Assembly (NCBI RefSeq): GCF_036321535.1
Contig: NC_087436.1
Location: 93,932,001-93,996,000 of the forward strand
DNA length: 64,000 nucleotides
From: Camelus dromedarius
Taxonomy: Eukaryota
Direction of reading: 5' to 3'
A program made the position numbers and the translations under genes. The notes beneath the pieces were generated by a model that ran no database searches, had not been told where the DNA came from, and saw only the letters and a program-made list of their open reading frames with translations. Shown one piece after another: positions 1-11,940 of the stretch; the first letter of the stretch is position 1, and each line of letters opens with the position of its first letter.

Positions 1-354
1 AAAATAGAAACAATTTAATAGCCAACTCATTTCTGGAATGGGGCTCCACACCCAGTGAATCTGACCCAGATCTCAAGAGAGTTAATAGGATTCTACCACC
101 ATGGGATCCAAAAAGAACCTCAAGAGGTCATTCAATCCCTACTGAAGGCACAACCAAACTGAATTCATTAAACAGCTATACTTCAAATGTTTTAGGAAGA
201 TTATTTTTTTCCATTAGAGATCAAAAAAGTTTTATGGATAAGAAGCCCTTCAAGGAAGTAACAGAACTTAAGACCTGGAGATTCATTTCATAGTTGAGGA
301 AACTGAAGCAGAACCAGTACTAAAATATTGTCCCTTGACCCCCAGTTTAGAAAC

Positions 355-540
355 TTCCTTCAGTCAGTCATCAAGCATTCCTTGAGTGCCTATCATGTGG
401 ACCTCTACTTAGAACTGGGAAAACACAGCTCAACAAGGCAGTTTCTGCACCCCCAGGAGAGGGCTCATAATCCAGTTGGGCAGAATTATTTGCATTTAAT
501 TAACTATAACCAAACGTCACCAATGCTACAATAAAGACAT
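355..540 (-). mobile_element. L2 LINE 3' fragment
   Basis: 'cagtcagtcatcaagcattccttgagtgcctatcatgtg' resembles the reverse complement of the L2 3' terminus. Confidence 0.55.
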
Positions 541-881
541 ATTCAAATCCATCTTGAAGTCTTACCAAGAGTCTTTTTTTCTTTAAAAAAATAGGTGCTA
601 ATATTTATAACAGATTGCAAATGCTTCTTCTTCTACCTCCTGCTTCCAGTCCTCGTGTCCATTAAGAAATGTATACACTTGGGTACACGCTTAATGACAG
701 CTGTGTAAACCGTTGAATCTTATAGTAAAAACAGAAAACACATGTTCCCATCTCAAGTTTGCAGTGTCAAGCTGTTATTTGTCCAAAGAATTAAATGAGC
801 TGAACTGAGGTCCATTTACCTTTCAACTGCCTACAACCTTAGAGTCATGGTCCCTGTGCTGACAATAAATGGAATCAGATC

Positions 882-963
882 AAAAGAAGAAGAAGGAGAA
901 AGAGAGGAAGGGGAGGGGGAGGGGGAGCAGGAGGGGAGGGGGAGAGGTGGGAGAAAAAGGAAA
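882..963 (+). repeat. GA-rich low-complexity tract with G-quadruplex motif (910-942)
   Basis: Nearly pure purine run containing GGGG-A-GGGGG-A-GGGGG-N7-GGGG-A-GGGGG. Confidence 0.8.
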
Positions 964-1684
964 CCTTATTACTTGTCCAGGTTTACTGTAAAATCCACAA
1001 TGAAACACTTAATATTTTTGAGTGGAGGAGTCATATGGGTCACAATGAGTGGTTGTCATTGCCAAAGTAATAAGTTGAAGTTAGAATGTGATTTTATTTG
1101 AGTAATACTGTGTCAGTTAGGCTCTGAAAGAAAGATGCTGGTGGATTAGCATATTATTGTTTTAAAAAAGAAAGAATGCACTGGTCTTACTGGAGTTAAG
1201 AAAGGAGGTACTACTAGGGTTAAAGCTTTCTGAATAGTAAGACATGAGGGAGAAACTGCCTCCAGGAACAGACAGTTAAGTGTGTATAAATTTCACGAAC
1301 TCTGCCATTGTGTATGACTATTTCATATGACTCTTCATTTAAGAATTGAACTTGAAAGTGTGAGTCACTGATGCATTACAGTAAAGATGCCACTTAGGTT
1401 CAGGAACCGAATCTCCTTCTGCTCCTCTATTAGTCAGTAATGACCTAGTTAGTTTCAACTGCCTGCCCCATAGCTGGACGCAGTGGAGAACCTGTTCCTG
1501 GCAACTCATGAGAGGCCCCACTCTCCTACCTGCAAGTCTCCAATTCTCTTTATGAGTCCCTATTTTGATGGGTGGCCAGAGACAATGGCTAGAAGCAAGA
1601 AACCTTGGAAGTAGTTGCCTCCTCTCTTTCTCACTGCCACACACTCCCTTCTTCCTTTCTGCATTCAGCTGGCATCAAATTCTC

Positions 1685-2280
1685 TCAGTTCTATTTATTC
1701 AACATAGGGAGGGTTCAGTTACAGTAAATAGAAATCATTCTAGCTGTTTTAATCAGAAAGGGATTTAATATATGCGATTAGGTGCTTATACAATTGATAG
1801 AACAGCATTCCATTGGAGCTTGAGGTCTGCCCTCCACAGTAACGCTGCAGAACTGGCCTGTCAGGAGAGCTGCTGCATTGCCACAATCAGGAAGGTGAGG
1901 AGTCAGAAAACCACCATTATAACCACTGAGTTCAGAGACATCACTTTTCTGGGATCAGAAAGCTACCACTGCCATGTTTACAACAGAGGCATGCTACGTC
2001 TACCAGGTCCACACCAGCAAAAAAAAGAAATGGGTGCCCTGTGCTCTGTGCTCTCTCTACCCACAAAACCAGCAGACCCTTAGGATGACGCCACAGGAAC
2101 ATCCCACATGTTTATAGCTGTGCCTGCTGGAAGAGACAGCAGAAGCAGCCAGAAACCTGGCCCCCTCCTCATTTTTACCTTCTAAACCCTGCACAGAATG
2201 GATCTGTGTGTCAGAACTCACATTACATTTGGAACTTTAACTGCAAGGGGTCTGGGAAATGTGGTTTTTAGCTTTCGAGG
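1685..2280 (-). mobile_element. Ancient ERVL/MaLR-type solo LTR
   Basis: Ends 'ctgcaaggggtctgggaaatgtggttttta' and starts with an 'attctagctgttttaatcagaaagggatttaat' motif, typical of reverse-oriented old LTRs; subfamily uncertain. Confidence 0.5.
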
Positions 2281-2359
2281 CTTTCAGGACAAGAAAGTGC
2301 ATTGGAAGCAGAGTGGAATGAAGTAATTCACAGTATCTACCACATTCAGCATCTCTTGA

Positions 2360-2968
2360 ATAGCCACTGCCCTGTGAATTTTGTCATCTCTTTCCTGAGC
2401 CACTGCAATTTCCGCATAACTAGTCTCTCCGCTCCCAAGTTCTCCCCCCTTCAAGCCATCCTCTGTGTTGTGCTTCAGACACACCTATGATCATGTCATT
2501 TTCCTGCTCAAAATCTTATCACCCGTAAGAATGAAGACCATTCTCCTTTCAAGTCTCTTAACTAGCTAGCCCCCACCCACCTTACCAGCTGCAAATCCTG
2601 CCACCTCACCACCCACCCCCCGGCTCCCGTCACACTGGATGCTAAGTGCTTTCACTGCCCTCCCCCAATCTAGTCCTTGTCCTTCCTGACCTTCCCTGAC
2701 CAGAATGCCCTGCTACCCTTCATTTTCTCATTTTTAGTTCTAGAAAGTTTCCTTCACTTTCCCCTCCTTTCCACACAGGCAGAATTACTGGGTTCTTTCT
2801 GGCATTTGCATCTCTCTCTATTACCCTCCTCACTTTGTATTATGTGCAGTGACACATGTGTCCATCTTTCCAAGATGAGGGAATGGATCATGTTTCTATT
2901 CATCCAGTGTGTGACTCTGGGTAGATAATAAATATTTGTTGAGTGAATGAATGAATGAATGAATGAAT
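2360..2968 (+). mobile_element. L2 LINE fragment with 3' (AATG)n tail
   Basis: Pyrimidine-rich L2 body ending 'aataaatatttgttgagtgaatgaatgaatgaat'. Confidence 0.75.
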
Positions 2969-3290
2969 TGTCTTGTGTATCTAGGACACCCAGTCCTATC
3001 TGACTAACTTTTCTCTTCAGCTTATAGACATTCCAAGGCCTTTCTCCTCTCCAAAGGCGAGCTTTCCTTTGCTCCTCTGGCTGTTATCCTATCCTTGTTC
3101 TTCATTTCAAGTCCATTTATCTGAGAGAGTTGTCTACACCTGCTGTCTTCATTCCTTCACCACCCGGCTTTACCACTACATCGTTGTCAAGGTCACCAGT
3201 TATCGCCTAGTTGCTAAACAAAATGGTAGTTTTCAATCCTTATCTTACTTAACCCTTTGCCTCACTTGACTTTGTGAACAGGCCTTCCTT

Positions 3291-3436
3291 TTTAAATTTT
3301 ATTTTATTGAAGTAAAGTCAGTTTACAATGTTGTGTTAATTTCTGGTGCACAGCATTGTGATTCATATATATATATATTTCTTTTCATATTCTTCTTCAT
3401 TATAGGCCATTACAAGGTGTTGAATATAGTTCCCTG
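3291..3436 (-). mobile_element. 5'-truncated lineage-specific L1 3' end with degenerate TSD
   Basis: 'ttattgaagtaaagtcagtttacaatgttgtg...tgaatatagttccctg'; flanked by acaggccttcctt (3278-3290) and acaggccctgctt (3437-3449). Confidence 0.8.
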
Positions 3437-3833
3437 ACAGGCCCTGCTTGAGTCTCGTTCTTTCTTGGACTAACACTTTCTCCTCAGCCTTCTCCGTGGA
3501 CTCTTCTTCCTGTTTCAGTACAGAGTTCCTGTCTCTAGCCTTCTTTTCGTTCTCCCAACACTCTGGTTGACCTCATGGCTCCATTATCCTCCTAACTCAT
3601 TTCTTATCATTCTCTCCTTCCATCTCTCCACTCCAGCTACACCAGCCTTCTAGCTGTTCTTGAATATGCCAGCAACACTCTTGTTCTGCCTGGAGTACAC
3701 TTCCTCTGGGTGCTTTAATTGCTCTGACCCTCAATATCTTCAGTCCCTCTCAGGGTCACCTTTTCAGAGAGAACTTCTCTGACCACCATTGAAATATTGC
3801 AACCCACTTCAGCTTTCTTTTTCTTTTTAAAAA

Positions 3834-3960
3834 TTTTTTTGGGGGGGGAGGTAATTAGGTTTATTTATTTATCTATTTATTTTTAATGGAGGTACAGAGG
3901 ATTGAACCCAGGACCTTGTGCATGCTAAGCACGCACTCTGCCACTGAGCTATCCCCTCCC
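3834..3960 (-). mobile_element. tRNA-Ala-derived camelid-type SINE (Vic-1-like)
   Basis: Reverse complement: gggaggggatagctcagtggcagagtgcgtgcttagcatgcacaaggtcctgggttcaatcc...aaacctaattacctcccc plus A tail. Confidence 0.9.
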
Positions 3961-4984
3961 TTAAGTTTATTTTTCTTCCCTGCTTTATCCTTCTATTCCC
4001 TTCCCTGCTTTGTTTTTCTTCTTAGTACTTACTGTCATCAAACTTGGTGTATATTTTACTTATTTATTTTTTTCTTTCTCTTCCAACCAGAATATAAACT
4101 CCATGAGGACAAGATTTATGCCTGTTTTGTCCACTGCTGTTTTCCCAAGTTCTAAAACAGTGCATGGCACACGGTAGGTATTCAAAAAATGTTTATGGAA
4201 TAAATGATTATTTCCGCTCCAAACCTTTTTATATCTCCTATCTCACCCTCAAAATCTGATTAGTCACTAAGCCCCATGACTCTTACCTCCTAAATATATC
4301 CTTTATCCTTTCTTCTCCATCTACTTTGCCAGTACCCTAGACTCTAACAGGTATCCCAATCTGATCTCCACACTCCCTATTCCAAACCCTTCTCAACTCC
4401 TTGGCATAACAGATGATTCTTATTAACTGGTCCCTGTCTATTTCTCAATTTCATCTTATACTACAGCCATCTAACCCTCTAGCTACAGAGAATTACTTGT
4501 CTCACACCCTTGAATCCACTGTCTCACTTATTCTGGGGTGATTTTCACTTTCCTGAAATACGCTTCTCATCTTCTTTACCTGGCCAACTCCTAAGCAACT
4601 TCCAGGCCTCTCAATGCTGATATCACTTCCCCTAGATTAACCCCTCAAGCCGAGATTAGATTGCCCCGAACTTCTAGGATTTACATACTGTAAGGCCATC
4701 GGCTGGTTGCTTAACCATTGCTATAGAATACGAGTTCCTTGAAGATGGGGACCATATTTCATTTGTTTTTCTATATTCAGCATGATGCACAGAACTTGAC
4801 ACAGAGTAGATGCTTGATAAATGTTCATTGGATAAAGCAATAGGTAGACAGCTGGATGGTGAATCGCAACAAGAAATACTTACATTGAGCTTATAATGGT
4901 CTGGTGCTCTTGCCAGCACCCCACTTACAGTAACACGTGGACTCTTCCTAATACTCCTAATGGTGAGGGTACTGGCAAGGAGGC

Positions 4985-5090
4985 TAAAGGCCCTGGATGG
5001 TTAACTTATTTGCCCACAGTTGCACAGTAAGTGGCAGAGACAGGATTCAGACTCAGGTATCTGGGTCCAGACTGTGTTCTTAACTACTAT
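4985..5090 (-). mobile_element. MIR fragment
   Basis: 'aacttatttgcccacagttgcacagtaagtggcagagacaggattcagactcagg'. Confidence 0.75.
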
Positions 5091-5526
5091 GCTTCAGCTG
5101 GTGATGGATGGATGGAAGGTGTCTACGAGGATATTCCAAGCAGAGAAACAATAGAAGCAACAAGGAGAATATTCACATTATTTTTATGTGGCTTTTATGG
5201 TCTCAATTTGGCCATACCTGAAATGAATTCTCCCCTGTAAAATACTCATTCCCTACAATGTATGTCAAATGAAACCTTATCCATATTTTGGAAGACACAT
5301 TTGTACTCATTCTGTTATGTGACCCTCAACCTCAGATCCTAGATGAGCTAAACCCTACCTTCCTTGACATGTACTTCTACAAACTGATATCACAACATTC
5401 AAATGTATGTCCACATTCACTCAGTCATTCAACAAACGTTTTCTGATTGCCTACTGCCTACCGCATGCCAGACCCTGTCTTTACACTGGCACTACTGCTA
5501 CTAGAATACACAGACCCTCTTTTGTG

Positions 5527-5788
5527 AGGCCATGGAGTACAGCAGTTAGGATCACAGATGCTGGAGCCAGACTGCCTGGGTTAAACCCCAGCTCTGCCAC
5601 TTTCTAATTATGGGACCTTAGCAGTGTCACCTGCTTTGTGCTCTCTGCATCTTCCTCTGTAAAATGGGTATAATAACAGTCTATCTCCTGGGGTTGTTGT
5701 GAGGATTAAATAGTTAATACATGTAAAGTGCTTAATACAGCGTCTGGCAAATACTCTAGTAAGCATTTAATAAACGTTAGTAATTTTA
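5527..5788 (+). mobile_element. MIR, near full length
   Basis: 'ctggagccagactgcctgggttaaaccccagctctgccact...ctgtaaaatgggtataataacag...gtgaggattaaa...aaagtgcttaatacag'. Confidence 0.9.
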
Positions 5789-6574
5789 TGTTGACAATCT
5801 TTTTTAATAAGTTATTGCTGAATGATTGAGCTGCTTCTGTGAGGCTGTTTTCCTTTATAAAATAAAAGGAAATCTGTAGGTCTTCTCTGGTGGGGAATAA
5901 GCCTTAAAGGAATATAAAGGAATTAACAGCATGTGTCGCCATAACAAAACCATGTCTTGGTCTTGAGTGGGCCTTTAAGGGCCTGTAATTTACATCAGGG
6001 GTCCTTCCATCTCAGCAGGCTGGTGAGGCGGGAAAAGCCTGCAGTCTAAGCAGGCGGGCTTTGGCAGAGCTGTTTGTGCAGGAAGAACGAAGGTCAAGGG
6101 ACTCCTTGTATTGAAGGCCTTTCTCAAAATGAAGGATTTGGCTTCCGAGATTAATGTTCGAAGTGAACCCCTGCTATACTTAATTCCCTTTTCTGTGAAC
6201 TCAGTACATTTTTAAAATTCAGTTACAGGCCCTCCTATGGTGTGGCATGGAAACCACAAACCCAGATGCCCTTCCAGCGGAGTTCACACTGCCCTCCCTC
6301 ATTCTTCCATCTGTGGGCTGATGACTGCGTTCTAGGGTTAGTCACTGCGCTAAATGCTTTGGCTTAATGTGTGCCCAGGAATAACTTGTGTTAAATTTGC
6401 ACACATTCGATCCAGTGGGGATTTGACATCAACATTAAAAAAGAAAAGAGTTCTTTAAAAAGGCTTCTATGGGTAGCTACTGGCCACCATAGGAGGAAAT
6501 GAGACACTGTGGAAATTGTGGAGATGAGAGGTCTCTCTGGGTCAAGTTGCATGTTCTAGGTTATAATGGGGTGC

Positions 6575-6749
6575 TTTTCTTTTTTTAAAATATTTATTTA
6601 TTTATTACTGTATTATGTAATTATTTTATTTTGGTGGGACGTGGGTCAGGTAATTAGGATTATTTATTTTTAGAGGAGGTACTGGAGATTGAACCCAGGA
6701 CCTCGTGCATGCTAAGCATGCGCTCTGCCACTTGAGCTATACCCTCCCC
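6575..6749 (-). mobile_element. tRNA-Ala-derived SINE ('gctcaagtgg' variant)
   Basis: 'gaggaggtactggagattgaacccaggacctcgtgcatgctaagcatgcgctctgccacttgagctataccctcccc'. Confidence 0.9.
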
Positions 6750-6752
6750 ACC

Positions 6753-6853
6753 AAGTCAGTTTACAATGTGTCAATTTCTGGTGTACAGAATAATGTTTCA
6801 GTCATACATATACATACATCTATTCGTTTTCATATTCTTTTTCATTATAAGTT
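6753..6853 (-). mobile_element. L1 3'-end fragment sandwiched between two SINEs
   Basis: Aligns by eye to the L1 stub at 3291-3436 ('aagtcagtttacaatg..caatttctggtgtacag..ttttcatattctt..ttcattata'). Confidence 0.8.
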
Positions 6854-6949
6854 ATTTATTTATTTCTTAATGGAGGTATTGGGGATTGAACCCAGGACCT
6901 TGTGCATGCTAAGCAGGCACTCTGCCACTGAGCTTTACCCTCCCCCCCC
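6854..6949 (-). mobile_element. tRNA-Ala-derived SINE (short tail)
   Basis: 'taatggaggtattggggattgaacccaggaccttgtgcatgctaagcaggcactctgccactgagctttaccctcccc'. Confidence 0.9.
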
Positions 6950-7239
6950 ATAAGGTTTTTTTCTGAATAATTTCTGTTGGGCAAAATATCACCAGCCTCA
7001 ACAGAAAGCTTGGGTTCAGATCAGTGATTTTATCCCATTTACCAATAAGTTTTCCATTTCAAGTAAAAATAAGAGAAATGAGGGAAACAGGTAGAAAGTA
7101 AATCCACTGAGAAGATATTTGCCTTTTTCACTTTATAAGTTCAGTTTCCATAAGAAATAACAGAAGTTTCCCTCCCCACAAAAATCAATCACTCATCATG
7201 TAGCCACTGTTACAAGGCATTGTTATATAGGGAAGTCAT

Positions 7240-7590
7240 TATAACAGTAATAACAGCAATTATACAACTATTATATGCCAGGCATTGTTCTAAGCTCTTT
7301 GCATTTATATATTGCATGCCTCATTTAGGCCTCACATGTATGATTTTAGTGCCTGGTCTTTGATCTTTAAGAAAAATAACTAGCATGTATTGAAAACTTA
7401 GCGGATGTCCAGTGCTGTGTTTTTATGTGTATCGTCTCATTTAATCCTCATGATGACCCTACAGTTAGGTATTGCCATCAGCCACAAACTGAAGCTCAGA
7501 GAGTTAGGTAATTTGCTCATAACCCCATAACTGCCAAGATGCAAACCTGGATCTTACTGACATCAAGCCTGAGTTCTTTGTCTTGCTGCC
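7240..7590 (-). mobile_element. Two MIR fragments
   Basis: 'tatgccaggcattgttctaagctcttt' and 'tctcatttaatcctcatg...aactgaagctcagagagttaggtaatttgctc'. Confidence 0.75.
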
Positions 7591-7879
7591 CTTCTGTTTG
7601 TCACAGAATTCGAAGCATCTGCAGAGGGTCAGCACATCTAATTTTCATAGGGCACAGATCTTTGGGGTTCTTTGTGGGTTTCCGTACTTTCAAAGAGAGA
7701 AGTGTCCACAAACTCTGGCTGGAATTTCCTGGCCCTCTCCCCACAACTAGGAGCTAAGATAATTGGAACTCCTTGATTCTGTTCCCTAACTGGGTATAGG
7801 AATAGCAAAATGATAGTGCTGGCAATAGGAATAGTGAAAAGCCATTTAAGGAAAAAAACCCAAACAACAACAAAAAGAC

Positions 7880-8030
7880 TCCTTGGCTCTGCCACTTACT
7901 AGCAACTTGGAGCAAACTTCAGTTTCCTAATCTGAGCAATGGGTGATACAAATGCTTTGTGCCTTACCCATACATACCTCACAGATTTCTGATGAACAAA
8001 GATGATAATACGTCATTGGAAATTCTCTGT
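7880..8030 (+). mobile_element. MIR-family fragment
   Basis: 'tccttggctctgccacttactagc...cttcagtttcctaatctg'. Confidence 0.6.
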
Positions 8031-8264
8031 AGATGTGTGGTTATCATTATACTGTGGTTCTCTACAAAGGTCTGAGGCTTGCCTCTATTGATGAGGGTGC
8101 CTTGGAATAATGTTATTTGATCTAAGGTTTAAATGTGTAAAAGACAATTCTTTAAGCTGTAGAGTAGGTTTTTCCAGGTATGAAAGGAAATATCATTTCT
8201 GGAGTACCTACAATGTGCCAAGAATTGTAATGAGATTATACCCCTCATTATTAAACTTAAAAAA

Positions 8265-8542
8265 ATTTTTTTTAAATATAATTTTAGAGGTTACTTTCCT
8301 TTTACAGTTATTACAAAATATTGGCTCTGTTCCCTGTGTTGTACAATACGTCCTTGAGCCTATCTTACACTCAATAGTTTATGCCTCCCGCACTCCCACC
8401 CTTAAATACTCCTCCCCTCCCCCACTGGTAACCACTAACTTGTTCTCGATACTGTGAGTCTGCTTCTTTTTCATTATATTCACTAGTTTGTTGTATTTTT
8501 TTAGATTCCATATATAAGGAGTATTATACAGTATTTGTCTTT
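8265..8542 (-). mobile_element. L1 3' UTR fragment inserted into a MIR (MIR halves about 8185-8250 and 8545-8725)
   Basis: 'tacaaaatattggctctgttccctgtgttgtacaatac...cactggtaaccactaacttgttctc...tttagattccatatataag...cagtatttgtcttt'. Confidence 0.75.
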
Positions 8543-9699
8543 CATTGCATTTCATTTTCGTTTAACTCATAGAAATCCAGAGAGGGAGTAGTTGTTATTT
8601 TATAAATGAAGAAACTGAAGCTCGGAGCAGTTAAGAAATTTGCCCAGCATCACAAAACTAAGAAGTAGACCTGAGATTCAAACTCACATCTATGGGAAAC
8701 GAATCTCCGTGCTATTTGCATTCACTCTAGCGCTCTGCCTTTTGCGTAGATGGGAAAGAAAAAAACAGAAAGCAAAAGGCAAGGATCTGCAGACCTCAAA
8801 TACCCCAGGTTCATAAGGTCTGCCTGAGAATTAATCATAATCATAATCATAATAAAAATAATAAACAGGGGTCAAGGTCAGCCACAAAGAAGTAATAATG
8901 AACGCTCACTTTCTTCTACTATTGCCTGCCACTTAAAAAAACCTGTTTTATTTTCTCCATATTCCTGGGGAGAGCAGTGGGAAGTAGTTGGGAATAAGAA
9001 TTATACCCACTTACTAAGTGGCAGTGTGCAAAACTGAGAAAAAGGAGCAGAAGTGCCAGGCAATATTTGAGAGAAAGTCGCCAACTCAGAACTGCCATAA
9101 GGACTTGCTTGCAGGGAACTGGGCCTCCTCAAGGGCCATCTTCCCTGCCTGCAGCTCAGCTCACCCATAGTCACTGATCTCCACGCTTTCAGACTCACTT
9201 TATTATTCCTGGTCGTTATTACCCAGGTTTGGCCCAGGGCTTCCCATGGAAAAACCTGTTCTGAGACAGAAAAATCTGTGAGCCTGAGAATGTCCCCTCT
9301 TGTATTCTATAATGCACAGGGTCTCTGACACTGAGAGGCTCAAGGCCATACATTTGGAAAAAGAAAATTAAAATCCAGTGAACGTGGAGCTGGAGTTTTT
9401 AAGTTGTCTCATGGCTGTGGACCGTTGTCCCCTACCTGGGAATGTCAGCCCTTAGGTGTGGTCAGAGAACAGAGGAGAGATCTCACTGCCTGCTCTTCAT
9501 GGTTCACCCTGGCTTATATTCTGACATGGAATGAACCTGAAACTCAGAAAATGTTTAGTTGATCTCAGTTAAATCATGCGCCATAGGGAAGGTTAAAAAA
9601 AAAAAATCAAAGGGATTTTAAATGTTTCAGAATTCTTTGCTGGTTTGAAGGAATCATTTTTCCCAAAGGTGGCACATGCTGCTTTTAGATTGAACTAGA

Positions 9700-9880
9700 A
9701 CTGGGAACTATCCTGGCCTCACTACTCAGGGAAAACTTGCACTGACCTCAGTGTCTTCAATCTGCAAAATGGGGACAAAGTACCTCATAGGATTGATTTG
9801 TATGATCAGGTAAGATGAAGTGGGTGAATGAGGTGGGTGAATGTGCTCAGTGAAGTGCAAAGGGCCTCATTCATATAGAG
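9700..9880 (+). mobile_element. MIR-family fragment
   Basis: 'cctcagtgtcttcaatctgcaaaatggggacaaagtacctcatagg'. Confidence 0.6.
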
Positions 9881-10504
9881 GGACGATGATTTTTTTCTTT
9901 AAAAATGAAGTTAAGTGGAGGAAAAAGTGTGTCAGCACTGAGCACATTTTGCCTTCAAAAATCACTTTGGAATATTTATGAGGAATTTAAAAATTATTTC
10001 CTTCTATTTCACACTGTTTTTCAAAATACAGTGACCATTATTTGTTCAGCATTAGCTTCTAACCAAATAAGTAACTCTCCCCAGGGTCAGGCAGCAAATG
10101 AAGTGCCTAAATCCAAATTAGAATGAAGCATGTGTCCAAGGTTGATTGCTATGTCCAGGGTCCTGAGCTTCCTTTCCATCAGCGAATTTCGTGGAATGTA
10201 GAGGCCAATTTATCTCCATGTATCCTGTCCATCTTGCAACTTTTAAATGAGATGAAAACCAGTAGGACACTATTTTATAGAAACTTTATTTTCCATTATT
10301 TTCAAGACTTCCCACAATGAATGTAAACTGCAAAAATCTGATTGTTAAACTCTTTCAGAAATGGAAGCTGGGAGAGGTTAAAAAAAAAAAAAGAAAAAAG
10401 AAAAACTGGCTCATGGCCTTACAGTTAGTGGCTGTGCTGGATCAAAAGCCCACTTTTCTGGTCACGACCACTTCTCTTTAGAAAAAAGTCAAGTACAAAT
10501 ACAA

Positions 10505-10592
10505 ATAACAACAACAATAATTACGGCCACTAACACAATGTGTCAGGCACTGTTCTAAGCTCTGTGCATGTATTAACTCATTTAACCAGCAA
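10505..10592 (-). mobile_element. MIR 3' fragment
   Basis: 'tgtgtcaggcactgttctaagctctgtgcatgtattaactcatttaa'. Confidence 0.75.
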
Positions 10593-10679
10593 GAAAAATA
10601 TTTTTGGACTATTCCTTCACTAAAGAGCCCAATGAGAAGCAGCACTTTTTTTTTTTTTTTTCTCAGTTGAATGACATTG

Positions 10680-11940
10680 CAACCCGAAATCACAACTCCG
10701 TTTTAGGTTCCTGGTAGTGCCTGCTTCCTCTTCTAGTCTGTTTAGTCACAGAATTCGATTCCCGTTGGCCGATTACGCGCCTACAAACAGGCTTAGCGCT
10801 CTATTGAAATGCGTGAGGCTCCTTAACTCTTGCATAAACAGGTAATGCGGCGGGGTGGGGCCCAGATTGCGGATTTCTTCGGGATGGGGATGGGGTGGGG
10901 GTTAGAGCCAACTCCCCAGAGATCAGTCAAGGTTAAGAGAGGGCTTGGTTGCTGTTTTTAAATGCAGTGTTTTTTGTTCCCTTTCTAGAAACCAGATGTA
11001 ACTTTAGGTCAGAGCGCATTAAAATGAGCCACTTCTGAGCCAGCAGCGCCCAGGCCCCAGGCCCTGCTGCGAAGGCCCCGGCAAAGGTCAGGGTTTGGTC
11101 CGTGTGACGTTCCTTCCTGCGCTCGTCCAAGCGGTGCTCTGCCTCAGGTAAGGACAGTCTGGGAGGTCCCCCCTTCCATCGGGCACGCCACCGTGTTCGC
11201 TGTGATTCTACCTGGTTAAACGACTTCTTTACTTGGGGGAAGAACGAGGGTGGGGTGTACTGATCGGCTTGTGATTCAAAAGCAGGTTCCTTATTCCTCA
11301 AACACGGTTCTGCTTGGTTTCCCTCAACAGCCCAAAGGGGGCCAGACGTCTGATGCGGACAGATGAACTCAGGTGGAGCAGGTGCCACTTCTGGGGCCAT
11401 TTCTGACTGTCTGAAATGGATGTGACTTTTTGAGCAGGGAGAGAAGTCGGTCTGGTGAAGTCCCCAGATCCTCCCGATCAAGGCAGTTTTTTTTTTTTTT
11501 TTTCAACCTTCAGCAAAGGTATCTGCGCTCCTAAAACAACAGGAATGTTGCACTGGCCTTCAGCCAGTGGAGGCTCAGCAAGCAGGATAAAATTTCAGTG
11601 CAGATTTACGGGAAGTTGCCGGTGTTGGGAGTAAAAATCTGGTTTGGTGAGTTTAAGGGAAGGGAGTAGACGAGAGACAACCTTGCTACTGTGAGGCGAA
11701 CGGCCTCGGCTGGGGGAGGGCAACAGGAGGAGGGCGGAGGGAACAGGGAAGAGCTGTAGACGAGACTCCGAGCGCTCCCCGTGCGCAGCGCCGGACGCAG
11801 CAGGGCTCCCGGGGCCGCGGATCTCCCCGGGGTGCGGATCCGGCGCCACTCTGCCAGTGGAGTCGCCGCGCTTTCAAGTTCTCGCTCCCGCCAGGAATTT
11901 AGCCCCAGAGAGCTGCCTTCTGGTTATCGCTCCTGCTTCC
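10680..11940 (+). promoter_or_regulatory. CpG-enriched promoter region; core CpG island about 11690-11930
   Basis: About 20 CpGs in 11761-11890 versus a CpG-depleted background; GC box 'gagggcggagg' near 11730; no recognisable transposons; strand inferred from downstream splice donors. Confidence 0.75.

Larger units (their letters stand above)
3000..4835 (+). mobile_element. Fragmented/nested L2 LINE region interrupted by an L1 stub and a SINE
   Basis: L2 motifs 'gtcaaggtcaccagt', 'tataaactccatgaggacaag...cagtgcatggcacacggtaggtattcaaaaaatg', and a second L2 3' end near 4730-4835. Confidence 0.7.

Noticed and set aside
3886..4155. Recurrent ORF motif 'MEVLGIEPRTLCMLS...' (also in ORFs at 6705, 19292, 38146, 56821)
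   Set aside because: Antisense translation of the SINE, not a protein family
11812..11847. GC-rich hairpin in the CpG island
   Set aside because: Imperfect stems are expected in very GC-rich sequence; no support for a structured RNA
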